A stretch of DNA of 64,000 bases from assembly GCA_050273025.1 (NCBI GenBank), contig CP158636.1:806001-870000 (forward strand), written 5' to 3'. Positions 39,507 to 49,528 of this stretch are shown piece by piece (position 1 is the stretch's first letter; each line of letters begins with the position of its first letter). A program made the translations under genes and the position numbers. The DNA is from Cenococcum geophilum (Eukaryota). The notes under the pieces were generated by a model, which ran no database searches, was not told the DNA's origin, and saw nothing but the letters and a program-made list of their open reading frames with translations.

Positions 39507-42500
39507 CTAGACACCATAGTGAACGTAGGGAACCCAGTAAGGATTTTCCAACCTCTCCGGTTGTGGCCCCAAGCCTAATAACGTGGCATTCCTAGCCTCG
39601 ACTACCTGATCCACCCACCCGCCCCGCAACGATCTCACTGCCTGGTGGAGTCCACGGCAGACCGCTATATCCGTCATCCCCTCGTCACGTATCGTCCCAT
39701 ACAGTACCCTAGCCACATCAACGCAGTGCCTGTCTGATACTTCCCATAGCGTTCCAACGGCATGCCGGAAGCCTGCAAGTTGCAAGGCACTGACGAGATG
39801 GATTCCTTCGTCCGCCAACTTATGAACTAAATTGGCTCCAGTCGAACACGCCGACAGATAACCAAGAAAGGGTAGGTTCCCTTGGAGCCTGTGGTCGCGG
39901 AGGTCAGCCACTGTCAAGGGCTTGGTTTTCCAATCTTCAAGGAGCAAACAGCTCTGTGAAGGCTCTATTGGATCCGACCGCCCGTGGCCTGCAAAGTGAA
40001 ATATCTTGCACGTCTGTAAGGACTTTAGGACATCGTCCCTGCGCGGTAGTGGTTTATTCGGCTTCAGATGGAGAGACGGGCAAAGCCCGTTCAACATCTC
40101 CACTTCATTTGCCGCAAAGGGGAGAATTCCGTTCGCGGGCATGCCTGGTGTTTCGGGCATAGCAATCAGGACCGCATCCTCAGACTGGCCGGCGCCGGGC
40201 TGACGGACCGGATTTCGTCGTCCGTACACCAATGCTTTGACGGATGATGCGTACGATGACATGACCCTATCGATTACGGTCTCAACAGACCCGGGCGTAT
40301 GGCGCCCTGCCGCATGGATGGGTAGTTGATTAAGCAACCCCGTGGGAACCCACCATATGCGAGGCCAGTTTTTATCAGACACAGGGCTATTAAATCCCAG
40401 TTCCTCTAGACATGGGCGACAAATGGTATCCCACAGCCACTCTAGAGTTGATGTCGTTTGAAAAGAGGGCGCCAGACGATATGATCGCAGATCCCGAGCC
40501 CGTTCCCGGACTTCTTTCAACGTCAGACCAGGTAGTTCCATCGCCCGAACACGGTTACTCTCAATGAGAAACGCATCGCATCGAAAAGAGCTCGGATTCA
40601 CGACGACAATCGGGTTTGGATTTGCTGCAGCCATCAACTCGTCCGCGGTCGGCGCGAGAAGAAAGTTGTGGAACCCAGCCTCAGCGCGAATCCGCGTAAG
40701 AAGGTCACCAAATTTCTGATCCGCTTCGCGACGCCTTTTCGCTTCTAATTCCCAGAGAGGTGTTTCATTAGTGGAAGCCAAAAAGGGTGCCATTTCTAAT
40801 GGGAGGTCCAGCTCGTCTCTAAGAGAGGCGAGTTCGTCTGCGAGGTTAGGGTGTTGCTGTTTGAGATCAGAGATGTCTCCGCGCATCTCCATGAGTGAGC
40901 TCGCAATAATGCCACGACCGAGTTCGAGGAGCTGCAATGCACTAAATGCATCTCTGCCAGCATTTAGAGCAGCAGCGGCAGCCATAGAAGCTAAGCCGGG
41001 AAAGTCTGCAAGCATGTGCTGCTTATCAGTGTGCTTCAATCGCCTCGGGCTCACAGTCGGGAGTAGGTTCACGGCCTTCTGCAGCAACAGACTTGCCTGG
41101 TCCCAATGTAGCTGCAGAGCAAGAATTTGAGCGGCTTCTCGGGCCGACTTAATGCGATCAGATGGACGAGCGGTTATACAATCCCAGCCTTCCATATAGG
41201 AAGAAAGTGCGGTGGCAAGGTCATCGGGCGCGCTCGTCCGCTCGTATCGCTTTTCGAGTAAACCTCCTAGGTTGGGTAACCGAATAGCTCGATCTGGATG
41301 GTCTTGAGGCGTATTTTTCACCGAAATTTCAGTATTCTCAATGGCCTCATTGAGATCATCCATTGAACCAGTCTCCTTGAATCGCTCGCCAAGCCAAAAA
41401 CCAAGATCGCTCCGCCATCCAGCTCGATGGGGGTAATTATCACTAGTGAGTTTAATGGCCATACCCACATTATCGATGGCTTCGTTCATATCATCCACGG
41501 ATTTGGTCCTTTGAAATCGCATGCCAAGTCTGTTCCCAAGGTTGTGCAATATTGTAGCTCGATCAACATGGTCATGAGGGATAACATCCAGTGCGAGATT
41601 AGCCATCTCAATGGCCCGATCAATGTCGCCTATTGAGTTGGATATATCGCACCGATAGGCGAGCAAGATTCCGAGATTGTTTAAACGACCAACTCGAAGT
41701 GGGTGGTCCGTAGGCGTTATATCGATTGCCTTTTCTGCAACCTCGACAGCTCGGTTAATATCATCAATTGAACCGGCCTTTTTAAAACGCTTGGAAAGCA
41801 AGGTCCCGAGGGAGCCCAAATATTTTGCTCGATCCGGATGGCCTTCCAGGGTAATCTCCACCGCAGTGGCCACAAATTCAACAGCTTGGTTGAGATCGTC
41901 TATGCTGCCGTTCAGGTCAGACTGCACACCGAGCCAATACCCAAGATTAGTTAATCGGCCAGCTCGGCTGGGATGATTCTGAGGTGTCGTCTTGACCGCT
42001 TCACTCATGACCTCGACCGCGGTGTTTAGATCGTTCATTGTACCGAGCTGATCGAATCGGGAAACAAGGCTGAGTCCGAGGCTAGTCAGCCAATCCGGCC
42101 GTTCTGGGTGGTCTTGAGGTGTGATCTCCGCCGCCATACTCGTAACCTCGATTGCTCGGTTGAGATCCTCTATGGATTCAGTCCGATCATATCGTGTACT
42201 GAGCTTATTTCCAAGATTGCTTAGGATCGCAGGCTGATGGATGTGGCGGTCGGAAATGCATTCCAATGCCAGACTGAGCGCCTCGATGGCTCGATTGAGA
42301 TCATCCAAATTGCCAATCCTATTATATCGTTTGCCGAACTTGTCTCCCAGATTATTCAACATAATATATCGGTTGGGATGGTCTTGAGGTGTGTTTTCCA
42401 TCGTTATTTTTGCAATCTCCACGGCTTCGTTGAGGTCATCGATCGAACCCGTTCTCTCAAATCGACTCCCAAGCCTATTTCCGAGATTGTTTAACCAACT

Positions 42501-43091
42501 AACTCGAGTAGGGTCGTCTTGAGGTGTGATCTCTAGCGCGATCTTTGTAACCTCGATGGACCGGTTAAGGTCAGTCAAGGAACCGGTCCTGTTAAATCTT
42601 CCCGCGAGCCAGCTCCCAAGATTGTTCATCCGACCAGCCCGATCCATGTCGTGATCAGGCGAAGCATCTACTGCCATTTCCGCGAGTTCGATGGCCCTGT
42701 TAATGTCGTCCATGGACCCAGTACTCTCAAATCGCCTCCCAAGCTGATTCGCAAAATTGATCAATACTGCAGCTCGGGCGTCGTCGTCTTGCGGTGTTGC
42801 TGTTAGCGCCATGCCGACAAGCTCGATTGCTTGGTTAAGATCGTCCATGGAGCCGGTACGATTGAATCGTCTGCCAAGTGAGCGTCCAAGGTTGTTCAAC
42901 CAACTAGGTCGATCGGGGTAGTCTTGAGGCAATATCTTTAATACTACACTCGCAATCCTGATCATCCCGGTGAGATCGTCCATCGAGCCGCTCTGCTCAA
43001 ACTGCACTTCGAGCTTGTCGTCCAGCTCTTTCATTTTGTTAAGTAAATTTTCAACATACCCATCGTCCTCTGCGTTCGTTGTCTCCTGCAT
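39507..43091 (-). CDS. TPR-repeat + CHAT (caspase HetF-associated) protease, 1194 aa, intronless
   Basis: 13 repeats of 45 aa (PQDHPxRxxxLNNLGxxLxxRFxRTGSxDDLNxAIE). CHAT motifs 'WWVPTGLLNQLPIHAAG', catalytic His 'FHFAGHG', catalytic Cys 'LSACST', 'GTLWEV', 'WVPYVHYG'. Confidence 0.95.
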   Translation of the reverse strand: MQETTNAEDDGYVENLLNKMKELDDKLEVQFEQSGSMDDLTGMIRIASVVLKILPQDYPDRPSWLNNLGRSLGRRFNRTGSMDDLNQAIELVGMALTATPQDDDARAAVLINFANQLGRRFESTGSMDDINRAIELAEMAVDASPDHDMDRAGRMNNLGSWLAGRFNRTGSLTDLNRSIEVTKIALEITPQDDPTRVSWLNNLGNRLGSRFERTGSIDDLNEAVEIAKITMENTPQDHPNRYIMLNNLGDKFGKRYNRIGNLDDLNRAIEALSLALECISDRHIHQPAILSNLGNKLSTRYDRTESIEDLNRAIEVTSMAAEITPQDHPERPDWLTSLGLSLVSRFDQLGTMNDLNTAVEVMSEAVKTTPQNHPSRAGRLTNLGYWLGVQSDLNGSIDDLNQAVEFVATAVEITLEGHPDRAKYLGSLGTLLSKRFKKAGSIDDINRAVEVAEKAIDITPTDHPLRVGRLNNLGILLAYRCDISNSIGDIDRAIEMANLALDVIPHDHVDRATILHNLGNRLGMRFQRTKSVDDMNEAIDNVGMAIKLTSDNYPHRAGWRSDLGFWLGERFKETGSMDDLNEAIENTEISVKNTPQDHPDRAIRLPNLGGLLEKRYERTSAPDDLATALSSYMEGWDCITARPSDRIKSAREAAQILALQLHWDQASLLLQKAVNLLPTVSPRRLKHTDKQHMLADFPGLASMAAAAALNAGRDAFSALQLLELGRGIIASSLMEMRGDISDLKQQHPNLADELASLRDELDLPLEMAPFLASTNETPLWELEAKRRREADQKFGDLLTRIRAEAGFHNFLLAPTADELMAAANPNPIVVVNPSSFRCDAFLIESNRVRAMELPGLTLKEVRERARDLRSYRLAPSFQTTSTLEWLWDTICRPCLEELGFNSPVSDKNWPRIWWVPTGLLNQLPIHAAGRHTPGSVETVIDRVMSSYASSVKALVYGRRNPVRQPGAGQSEDAVLIAMPETPGMPANGILPFAANEVEMLNGLCPSLHLKPNKPLPRRDDVLKSLQTCKIFHFAGHGRSDPIEPSQSCLLLEDWKTKPLTVADLRDHRLQGNLPFLGYLSACSTGANLVHKLADEGIHLVSALQLAGFRHAVGTLWEVSDRHCVDVARVLYGTIRDEGMTDIAVCRGLHQAVRSLRGGWVDQVVEARNATLLGLGPQPERLENPYWVPYVHYGV

Positions 43092-44125
43092 GGTGTTGAT
43101 AATTCGCGCTAAGGTGTCTGATAGTACTGGTTTGCTTGAATGTCTATCCCAACCGTAAGCGTCAATTTCTTCGGTGGTTGAGAGGGAGCCAATTCGAGGC
43201 TCTCGGAAAAAGTTGAGGGATTACTAGTTTAAGCTCCTTCCCCCCGGCCAAACGCGGCTGTAGGGGCATTCAGTCGATGATCTACAGAGTAGGGAGCGTG
43301 AGTATGCGCAAGGCGACCAATTGTCATTGACGCAATGCCTATAAGCGAATTCGGAATGTAGCACGGTCGTATGAAGTTTACACTCATAGTTGTACAGTAT
43401 CCACTGATAGCATTGGCTGCACTTCGTGAAGGGCACATCAGCCAATCCGGTACTAAAATTAGCCCAAGGAAGGCATGAAATCAGGCCGTCGTCCGACGTC
43501 CAGAAGCGAAGGCCAACTTTGTTGAGGATGCCTAGTGACGTCTCACGAGATGTGATGCAACTTTTGATGATTGGCTGCAGCCTCGAATACTTAGCGCGAT
43601 GACGTGGCCCGAAACTCTCTCTTGTTTGGGCGCTCAATCAGGCGGCGTGTGCTCCAAGTGCCCTCAATCAGTCTCTATCAGTCTAAACAAAGTGCTCCAC
43701 TCGTTCACCAATGGGATATCTGAGAGGCTATAATTCCTTCTGACGTTTTTTTTTCCCTTGTTACTGAATCGCGCAATCCCGCAGCCACATTCAACAGAAC
43801 GCCAGAAGAGAGGTCTGCTTGTGTTGGAAGCAGTGCTCAATTAGCTGTGTGTATTCTTGTTGTGGTGAGCACTGCTCACGCAGAAAATTTCTACCTAAGC
43901 CACATACAGTATTCAGTAAGCTTCCACTGATTGGCTACAAAAATCCTCTCGAAGACGGGCTCCATCCAACAGCTTGCATCGCGTCCTCCATTGCCCAAGC
44001 CATTAACCAAGACCAAATCTGGAATTCACCCAAGCAGTACCAACCAATAAGTCGAAATTTTGTCTTGAATACTCTGTGTCCGTTTTCTTGATATCCCCCC
44101 AGCCACCACCGACACACCTACCACT

Positions 44126-46153
44126 ATGACTGATGGAACCAATACTCCAACAACGCACTGGGCGGTTTTGGTTGGAATCAATTACTACGTGAAAGATCGG
44201 TGCCTCAAGGGTAGTGTGCGAGACGCAGAGACAGTCAAACAGTATCTAGAGGCAGGTTCAACACATGTGGACATTGCCATCCTCACCGCGACCACACCTT
44301 CCGAGCCCGGCTCAACCCGTCCACCCGAGAAGGCGGAGCTCTGGCCTACACGCACGAATGTGGTTTCAAGCCTCAATAGAGTCCTTGCAAAGGCAAAACC
44401 TGGCGATTTCGTCTACATTCACTACTCCGGCCATGGCACGCGGAGGAACGAATTGGCAAACATGCACAAAGATCCTGGTAATCTGGCTCTGGTACTTTTC
44501 GAAGACAACGAATATGGCAGCAGCTACCTCAGAGGCATCGAACTAGCATCTTGCCTTCGGAAAATGGTAGAACAGGGACTTCTTGTCGCGCTTGTCCTTG
44601 ACTGCTGCTACTCAGGCAGCGTCCTGCGCGATGGCGATCAACGGGATACCATCATCCGCTCAACTGATTATGACCCGGCCATCGACGCTGCATCCACGCG
44701 AATTCTTGGTACGAATTTTCTCAATTCGGATGGCAGTTTACGTAACTCTCAGATACCACTGGACCAGTGGCTTGTCGACCCTGATGGGTACACCATCCTC
44801 TCGGCCTGCAGTCCACATGAAAAGGCATGGGAAATCGAAACTGGAGGAGCGCGGAGGGGGGCCCTTACTTACTTTCTTATTGATGCTCTCAGCGCTTTGA
44901 GGAAGGCTGGGGTAGAAATCACACACCAAGCCCTATATCAAAATCTACGCTCGAGGTTTCACGCATCCTGGCCGCAGCAGACTCCGATGCGGTACGGAAA
45001 TGAAAACCTCTCCTTCTTTGGGAAACTCGTAGCTGCGACGAAGGCAGCCTTTGCGTCTGTCTACCGGACGGATGACGGACGGCTATGCCTGACCGCAGGC
45101 GAGGCCCATGGCATATATGAAGGCGATGAGTACGCCGTGTATCCGTTCGAACAATCAGAGAACGCGACCGGCCAAAAAAAGTATGAATCTGTGATGGTGA
45201 AAGTTGATACCGTTCGATGTCTTACATCAGACCTGGTGGAAATCGAGTCAAGTCTTGGTACAATCAAGGTCGAGACAGGCTGGAAGGCGAAGCCGGTTAC
45301 TTATTTCTCACCTAAGAAGATTCCCATAAGGCTCATGGCGAATGTCAACAACCCAAACCAATGGATACAGGCTGCCAGACAACATCATTTCCTAAACATA
45401 TCCACCGGAAATGCTGGGACAGAGTCCTACGTTTTTGGGGTCACTGTTAATGAAAACGAAGAATACGAAATACTCGGCGGGACAAACGAAAAGATCATCA
45501 GCTTGCCAACCCTACCCCTTGAGATGAACGGAGCCTCAAGTGCTGTCATGCATGTCTTACAGCACCTTGCAACATTCAAGTTTTTTGAAGGAGTTGAGAA
45601 TCGAATGCCGAGCCCGTCTTTCGAAGGCTCATTTTCACTTCTTCCGGCCACCAGCCTTGGAGAATCTGGGGTATTTGAGGTTAGGCATGGTGAGATATGG
45701 GGTTTTACGGTTGAGAACCTCAGTACCATTCCATTGTATCTTGCGATATTCAACTTCACTCCATCCTGGCAGATTGTCAACTTGATATCGCTCGCTGGAG
45801 GAGGTGACTTTTTTGTGTTGCTTCCTAAAATAGAAGACAACCTCAGGAGCAGACAAGAAATAAATATGCGGATGGAAGTTCCTGAATTCTTTCAAAATCG
45901 AGGCGAAAGTCGGTGCGAAGATGTAGTCAAGGTTTTCATTACAAGCAAGGCAACATCTTTTCCAGCGATGATTTTACCTGAAATGCCACTTTCGGCGAAA
46001 GATCTGGGCGGAGAGTTTCGGGATGGTCATAGTCACATGTGGGAATTCCTTTCGGAGTTCATCAGCGGCATCCGAGGCAAAGGTGCTGCTGTTCATGAAC
46101 AATGGACAACGAGGAATTTTATCATACGCACAGATGTAGAAAAGAGAAAGTGA
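44126..46153 (+). CDS. Caspase-family (peptidase C14, metacaspase-like) protease with a long C-terminal extension, 675 aa, intronless
   Basis: 'WAVLVGINYY', 'LKGSVRD', catalytic His 'HYSGHG', catalytic Cys 'LDCCYSG', p10-like 'LSACSPHEKA...GALT', 'QTP'. Confidence 0.95.
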   Translation: MTDGTNTPTTHWAVLVGINYYVKDRCLKGSVRDAETVKQYLEAGSTHVDIAILTATTPSEPGSTRPPEKAELWPTRTNVVSSLNRVLAKAKPGDFVYIHYSGHGTRRNELANMHKDPGNLALVLFEDNEYGSSYLRGIELASCLRKMVEQGLLVALVLDCCYSGSVLRDGDQRDTIIRSTDYDPAIDAASTRILGTNFLNSDGSLRNSQIPLDQWLVDPDGYTILSACSPHEKAWEIETGGARRGALTYFLIDALSALRKAGVEITHQALYQNLRSRFHASWPQQTPMRYGNENLSFFGKLVAATKAAFASVYRTDDGRLCLTAGEAHGIYEGDEYAVYPFEQSENATGQKKYESVMVKVDTVRCLTSDLVEIESSLGTIKVETGWKAKPVTYFSPKKIPIRLMANVNNPNQWIQAARQHHFLNISTGNAGTESYVFGVTVNENEEYEILGGTNEKIISLPTLPLEMNGASSAVMHVLQHLATFKFFEGVENRMPSPSFEGSFSLLPATSLGESGVFEVRHGEIWGFTVENLSTIPLYLAIFNFTPSWQIVNLISLAGGGDFFVLLPKIEDNLRSRQEINMRMEVPEFFQNRGESRCEDVVKVFITSKATSFPAMILPEMPLSAKDLGGEFRDGHSHMWEFLSEFISGIRGKGAAVHEQWTTRNFIIRTDVEKRK

Positions 46154-46170
46154 AATACTGGCGACCTCTC

Positions 46171-46538
46171 TTACTCAAAAGCATTATAGAACTCTAATTC
46201 ATTTTCATCGAAGGCTTTGCCGTCCTTCACAGACTTGCCATTTGCATCGCAAAGAGTATAACGTCCATTTTCCACCAAAGCCACTTTAAATGGGCCTTCA
46301 CGTGTCCCGGAAGCGTTAAGGTAAACTTCGTCGTTAGGTCGAAACTTGACCTTCTGTATATAATTGGTAAGAATGACCTCGGCTCAAGGGGGCTACTCAT
46401 ACTGTTTTAGGTTGCTCAATGATTGGGCGGTCGCCATCAGCAGGAAAGGTGACTTCGGAGGCGTAGGTGGTGCTGCATGATTTGTCAGTGGATTATCTGG
46501 CGGGGATACTAAGTGACTCACTCGCTGGTTTGTCCCAT
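46171..46538 (-). CDS. Small 89-aa protein missing from the ORF track; exons 46538-46522, 46472-46403 and 46353-46171
   Basis: Two 49-nt GT-AG introns (GTGAGT..CTGAC..CAG; GTATGA..CAG) join in frame to give MGQTSDTTYASEVTFPADGDRPIIEQPKTKVKFRPNDEVYLNASGTREGPFKVALVENGRYTLCDANGKSVKDGKAFDENELEFYNAFE*. Confidence 0.75.
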
Positions 46539-46826
46539 CTTTCTTCGTTCGGTTGGACGTCCCAAGTGTAAGCTAGAGTGCAGCTGCCGAATGTTGCCAA
46601 CGAATAATTCGGAGAATCTGCGGCGCAGAAAGTAAGCGGGTGGATAAAGTTCTTATACGATTTGACAGCCTTGCGGCGCGCTGATTTGGTGCATTAGTGT
46701 GCCATTGCCCGATTATGCAGTGATGGTCAGCTGTCGTGGTTCACTTGCCTTGGGCGTCATTACTTCATACCCAAAATTCTCCAGCGATTTATCAAAGATG
46801 CAACATCTTCGCACTTAGATAGCATT

Positions 46827-48041
46827 ATGGCTCAGCGTGAAATCGATATCGAACTCGCTGATTTATCTTCGGCAACCGCTAGAGATGCCGACAACTTGGT
46901 TTCTAGATGTAGTAGCATATTCCAAGCTACATCGTCTTGGATAACAAAATTAGCAGAAAGTCGTTATAAGAGAGAGGATCGTAGAAGGCTAGAAGTGCAA
47001 AGTATAAATTACAGTTTGTTCACACCAAAGTCGTCAAATTGTACTGCTAACACATACTAGTCGAAGACTATCCCTCCGGCTATCCCCGATTCTCGGCTCT
47101 AGTTGCCTCTCATGACTCTTTCCATCTCTGTCGCCGGTTCACCAACCTCCGTACGCGCCTGATTTTCTTAAAACAGGACAGGCTGTCTTTCTTGGAAAAG
47201 CAATTGGAAAGAATCGATCGAGAAGAGGATACCCTCTTACGGCTCGGATGTATTCGAAGAGATGACAATCCCGAAAGGAATTCTATTTTTTCGGACATCA
47301 ATGAGGCCTTGGCTGATTACGGCACGTCTAATTTCTGCGCTAGTCTCCAAAACATCTATCTATTCTAACGAATGACGCAGACGAATTGATAGAAAGAAAT
47401 CGCCGGATACTCGGCTATGAACCACCGAAGCCGCGAGACGTCTTGAACCTACAAAATTGGATCAACGGAAATGGATGCATTGCTAGAGAAGAAACGGCGT
47501 ACCTCGATCGTTCTAAAGACTTGCTCAGCATATCTTTTCGGGAGGAGAGTGCTGTAACATGGCTAGAGGCGCTGGTAGAGCACGGCCTCTTTCAGCTTCG
47601 CCAGCGCTTTGGCCAGGTAAAGAATCTCGAGCATTGCCGCCAATAGACGCAAGCTGAATTTGTGACAGCGTTCTCATCTCGACATCTCGAGGGACCCGAA
47701 CGTGCACATATTTCACCGGTTATCTATAACGTGCGTGGCCCGAGTCCTGCTGACCCCATTCATCATTCTTCTTCTCCTCACCCCGGTCATTGCTTGCTAC
47801 TCCATCAGCAGCCTGACTGCCAGACTGCTCGTCATCATAACTGCCACTGCCGGCTTCATTGCTGTTTTGTCTGGCCTGACTAAGGCGAGGGTTGTTGAGT
47901 TGGTTGTAGCAGGTGCAACGTAAGTCCAGTAATCATCCAAAATACTCTAGGAAAATTTCGTGCACAGCTAATATAATGATACGAAGATATACAACGGTGC
48001 TGATCGTGTTCATCTCTAGCACAAATTTGGTGGCTAATTAA
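46827..48041 (+). CDS. DUF6594-like fungal protein with C-terminal transmembrane helices, five exons
   Basis: Spliced 'EDYPSGYPRFSAL...RRFTNLRTRLIFLKQD.LS.LE.QL..ID'. Hydrophobic C-terminus 'LLTPFIILLLLTPVI...GFIAVLSGL...VAGATYTTVLIVFIS'. Introns 47002-47060, 47322-47380 (GC-AG), ~47617-47669 and ~47920-47986. Confidence 0.85.
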
Positions 48042-48608
48042 AGAAACTTAGGTTAAGAGGGATTTCTAAAGGGTATAAGTAGATCTTAGGGATTAAGGTA
48101 GATCTAAAAGGTAATAGTATTTCGGGAGGGTCTAAATAAAGATTGGCTAGTATAACTATGCTATGTTGGTCCCTTAAAGACATTAGAAATATTTAATTGG
48201 AACTTCCGTTAGGGACGGCTTACGAACTACTTATTTTAAATAACTCGTGCCTAGTACGTTTAGTATTAAACTACTTAGTAGTAGTTAATCTTTTTATACC
48301 CCTAGGGCTTTAAATAGTACTACTAGCTTTAGACTAACTTATAGAGTTAGTATTAGCACGATAGAGATATATATCCTTTAGGTTCCTCGCTAAAGGAGAT
48401 AATTCTATCCATTTCTAGTATTGTAGTTATATTTCTATCTAATCAATTAATATATTAAATTCTTTTGGTGCTATATGCCTTTTAATACTATTATAGGTTA
48501 GTTGTTAATTTAATAGATATAATTAAAAACTAATATTATATTGGAATTTAGGTTATAGAGACTAATAAGTCCTCTAGGTTTAAAACAACTCTATTTTTAG
48601 CTAGCAAT

Positions 48609-49528
48609 TATTACAGCGCTAGTGGCAACTGGTAGAAGCTAGTAGATTATAGTTAACAGATATCGGTAGATATTAGTAGATTATAGTAGATAGTCGCAGA
48701 TAGTTATAGACAGTTTTATATAGTTCTAGACAGCTGCCGTTAAGTGACTAGAGGATTGTATATAACGTTAAGCGGCGCCACCCTCTATCTCCTTTCCTTT
48801 CTTTAGCTTTAAATCCTTATTTATAAACTACCAATTATATAGGCTTACGCGTCCCTCTTACCGTACTCGTACCTTAATTAATTAAGTCGCTAATATTATC
48901 TAAAGCTTAACTACCCTTTCTTCCTAAGAAGGAATTTAAATATATTTATAGACTATAAACTAAAATAGAACATAGAATTAAACCTAAAGAATATTACTAG
49001 AGCTAGAAGAATAATAAAGAATAATAAAACCTATAGAATACGTATAAACTAAAACCCCTACAGAATCCTACTAGAAGTTACCCTAATAATTATACTATAA
49101 TGCTAAGAAATATAGCAGCCGGCAAAGTAGCCGTAGGACCCTTAAATACCTCTAATAGTAAAATAGTAACTAACTTAAACTCCTAGGTGGAGCTTATAGC
49201 AGCTAATACTAAAATTAAATAACTTTAAGAGCTGCTTAAAGTTAGAAAACCCCCTATACCTAGTAAGGAATTATTAGACACCTAAAGACTTACTATAGTT
49301 CTTAAAGCTCTAGCCTAATATACAGTATTAGTATTATCGCGGTCCGTAAAGGTTGTGAACCCCCTATTGCTTATAGACGGAACTAACCCTATATTTAATA
49401 ATTGGAAGCTTTAATTATAGAATAAACTTAAAGTTAATATAGACTATTTCCCTACTACTTAGGCTAAAATGGCCTATGTCTTTAGCTATACCGGTAGGGA
49501 CATATAGACGCACTTACGTCTGCGGTAC
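48609..49528 (+). mobile_element. Gypsy-type element A: 5' LTR (~48609-48895) plus RIPed gag start, interrupted by element B
   Basis: LTR-like TATTACAG...GTCGCTAATA. Gag relic 'P.LL.DGTNP.FNNWK...AKMAYVFSYTG' is cut at 49528. Confidence 0.7.

Noticed and set aside
43224..44117. Short ORFs between the CHAT and caspase genes
   Set aside because: Non-ATG starts or no homology cues; likely a shared promoter and UTRs.
39507..48041. Module as cargo of a Starship or other large mobile element
   Set aside because: No tyrosine-recombinase captain, terminal repeats or TSD bracketing the module are visible in this window.
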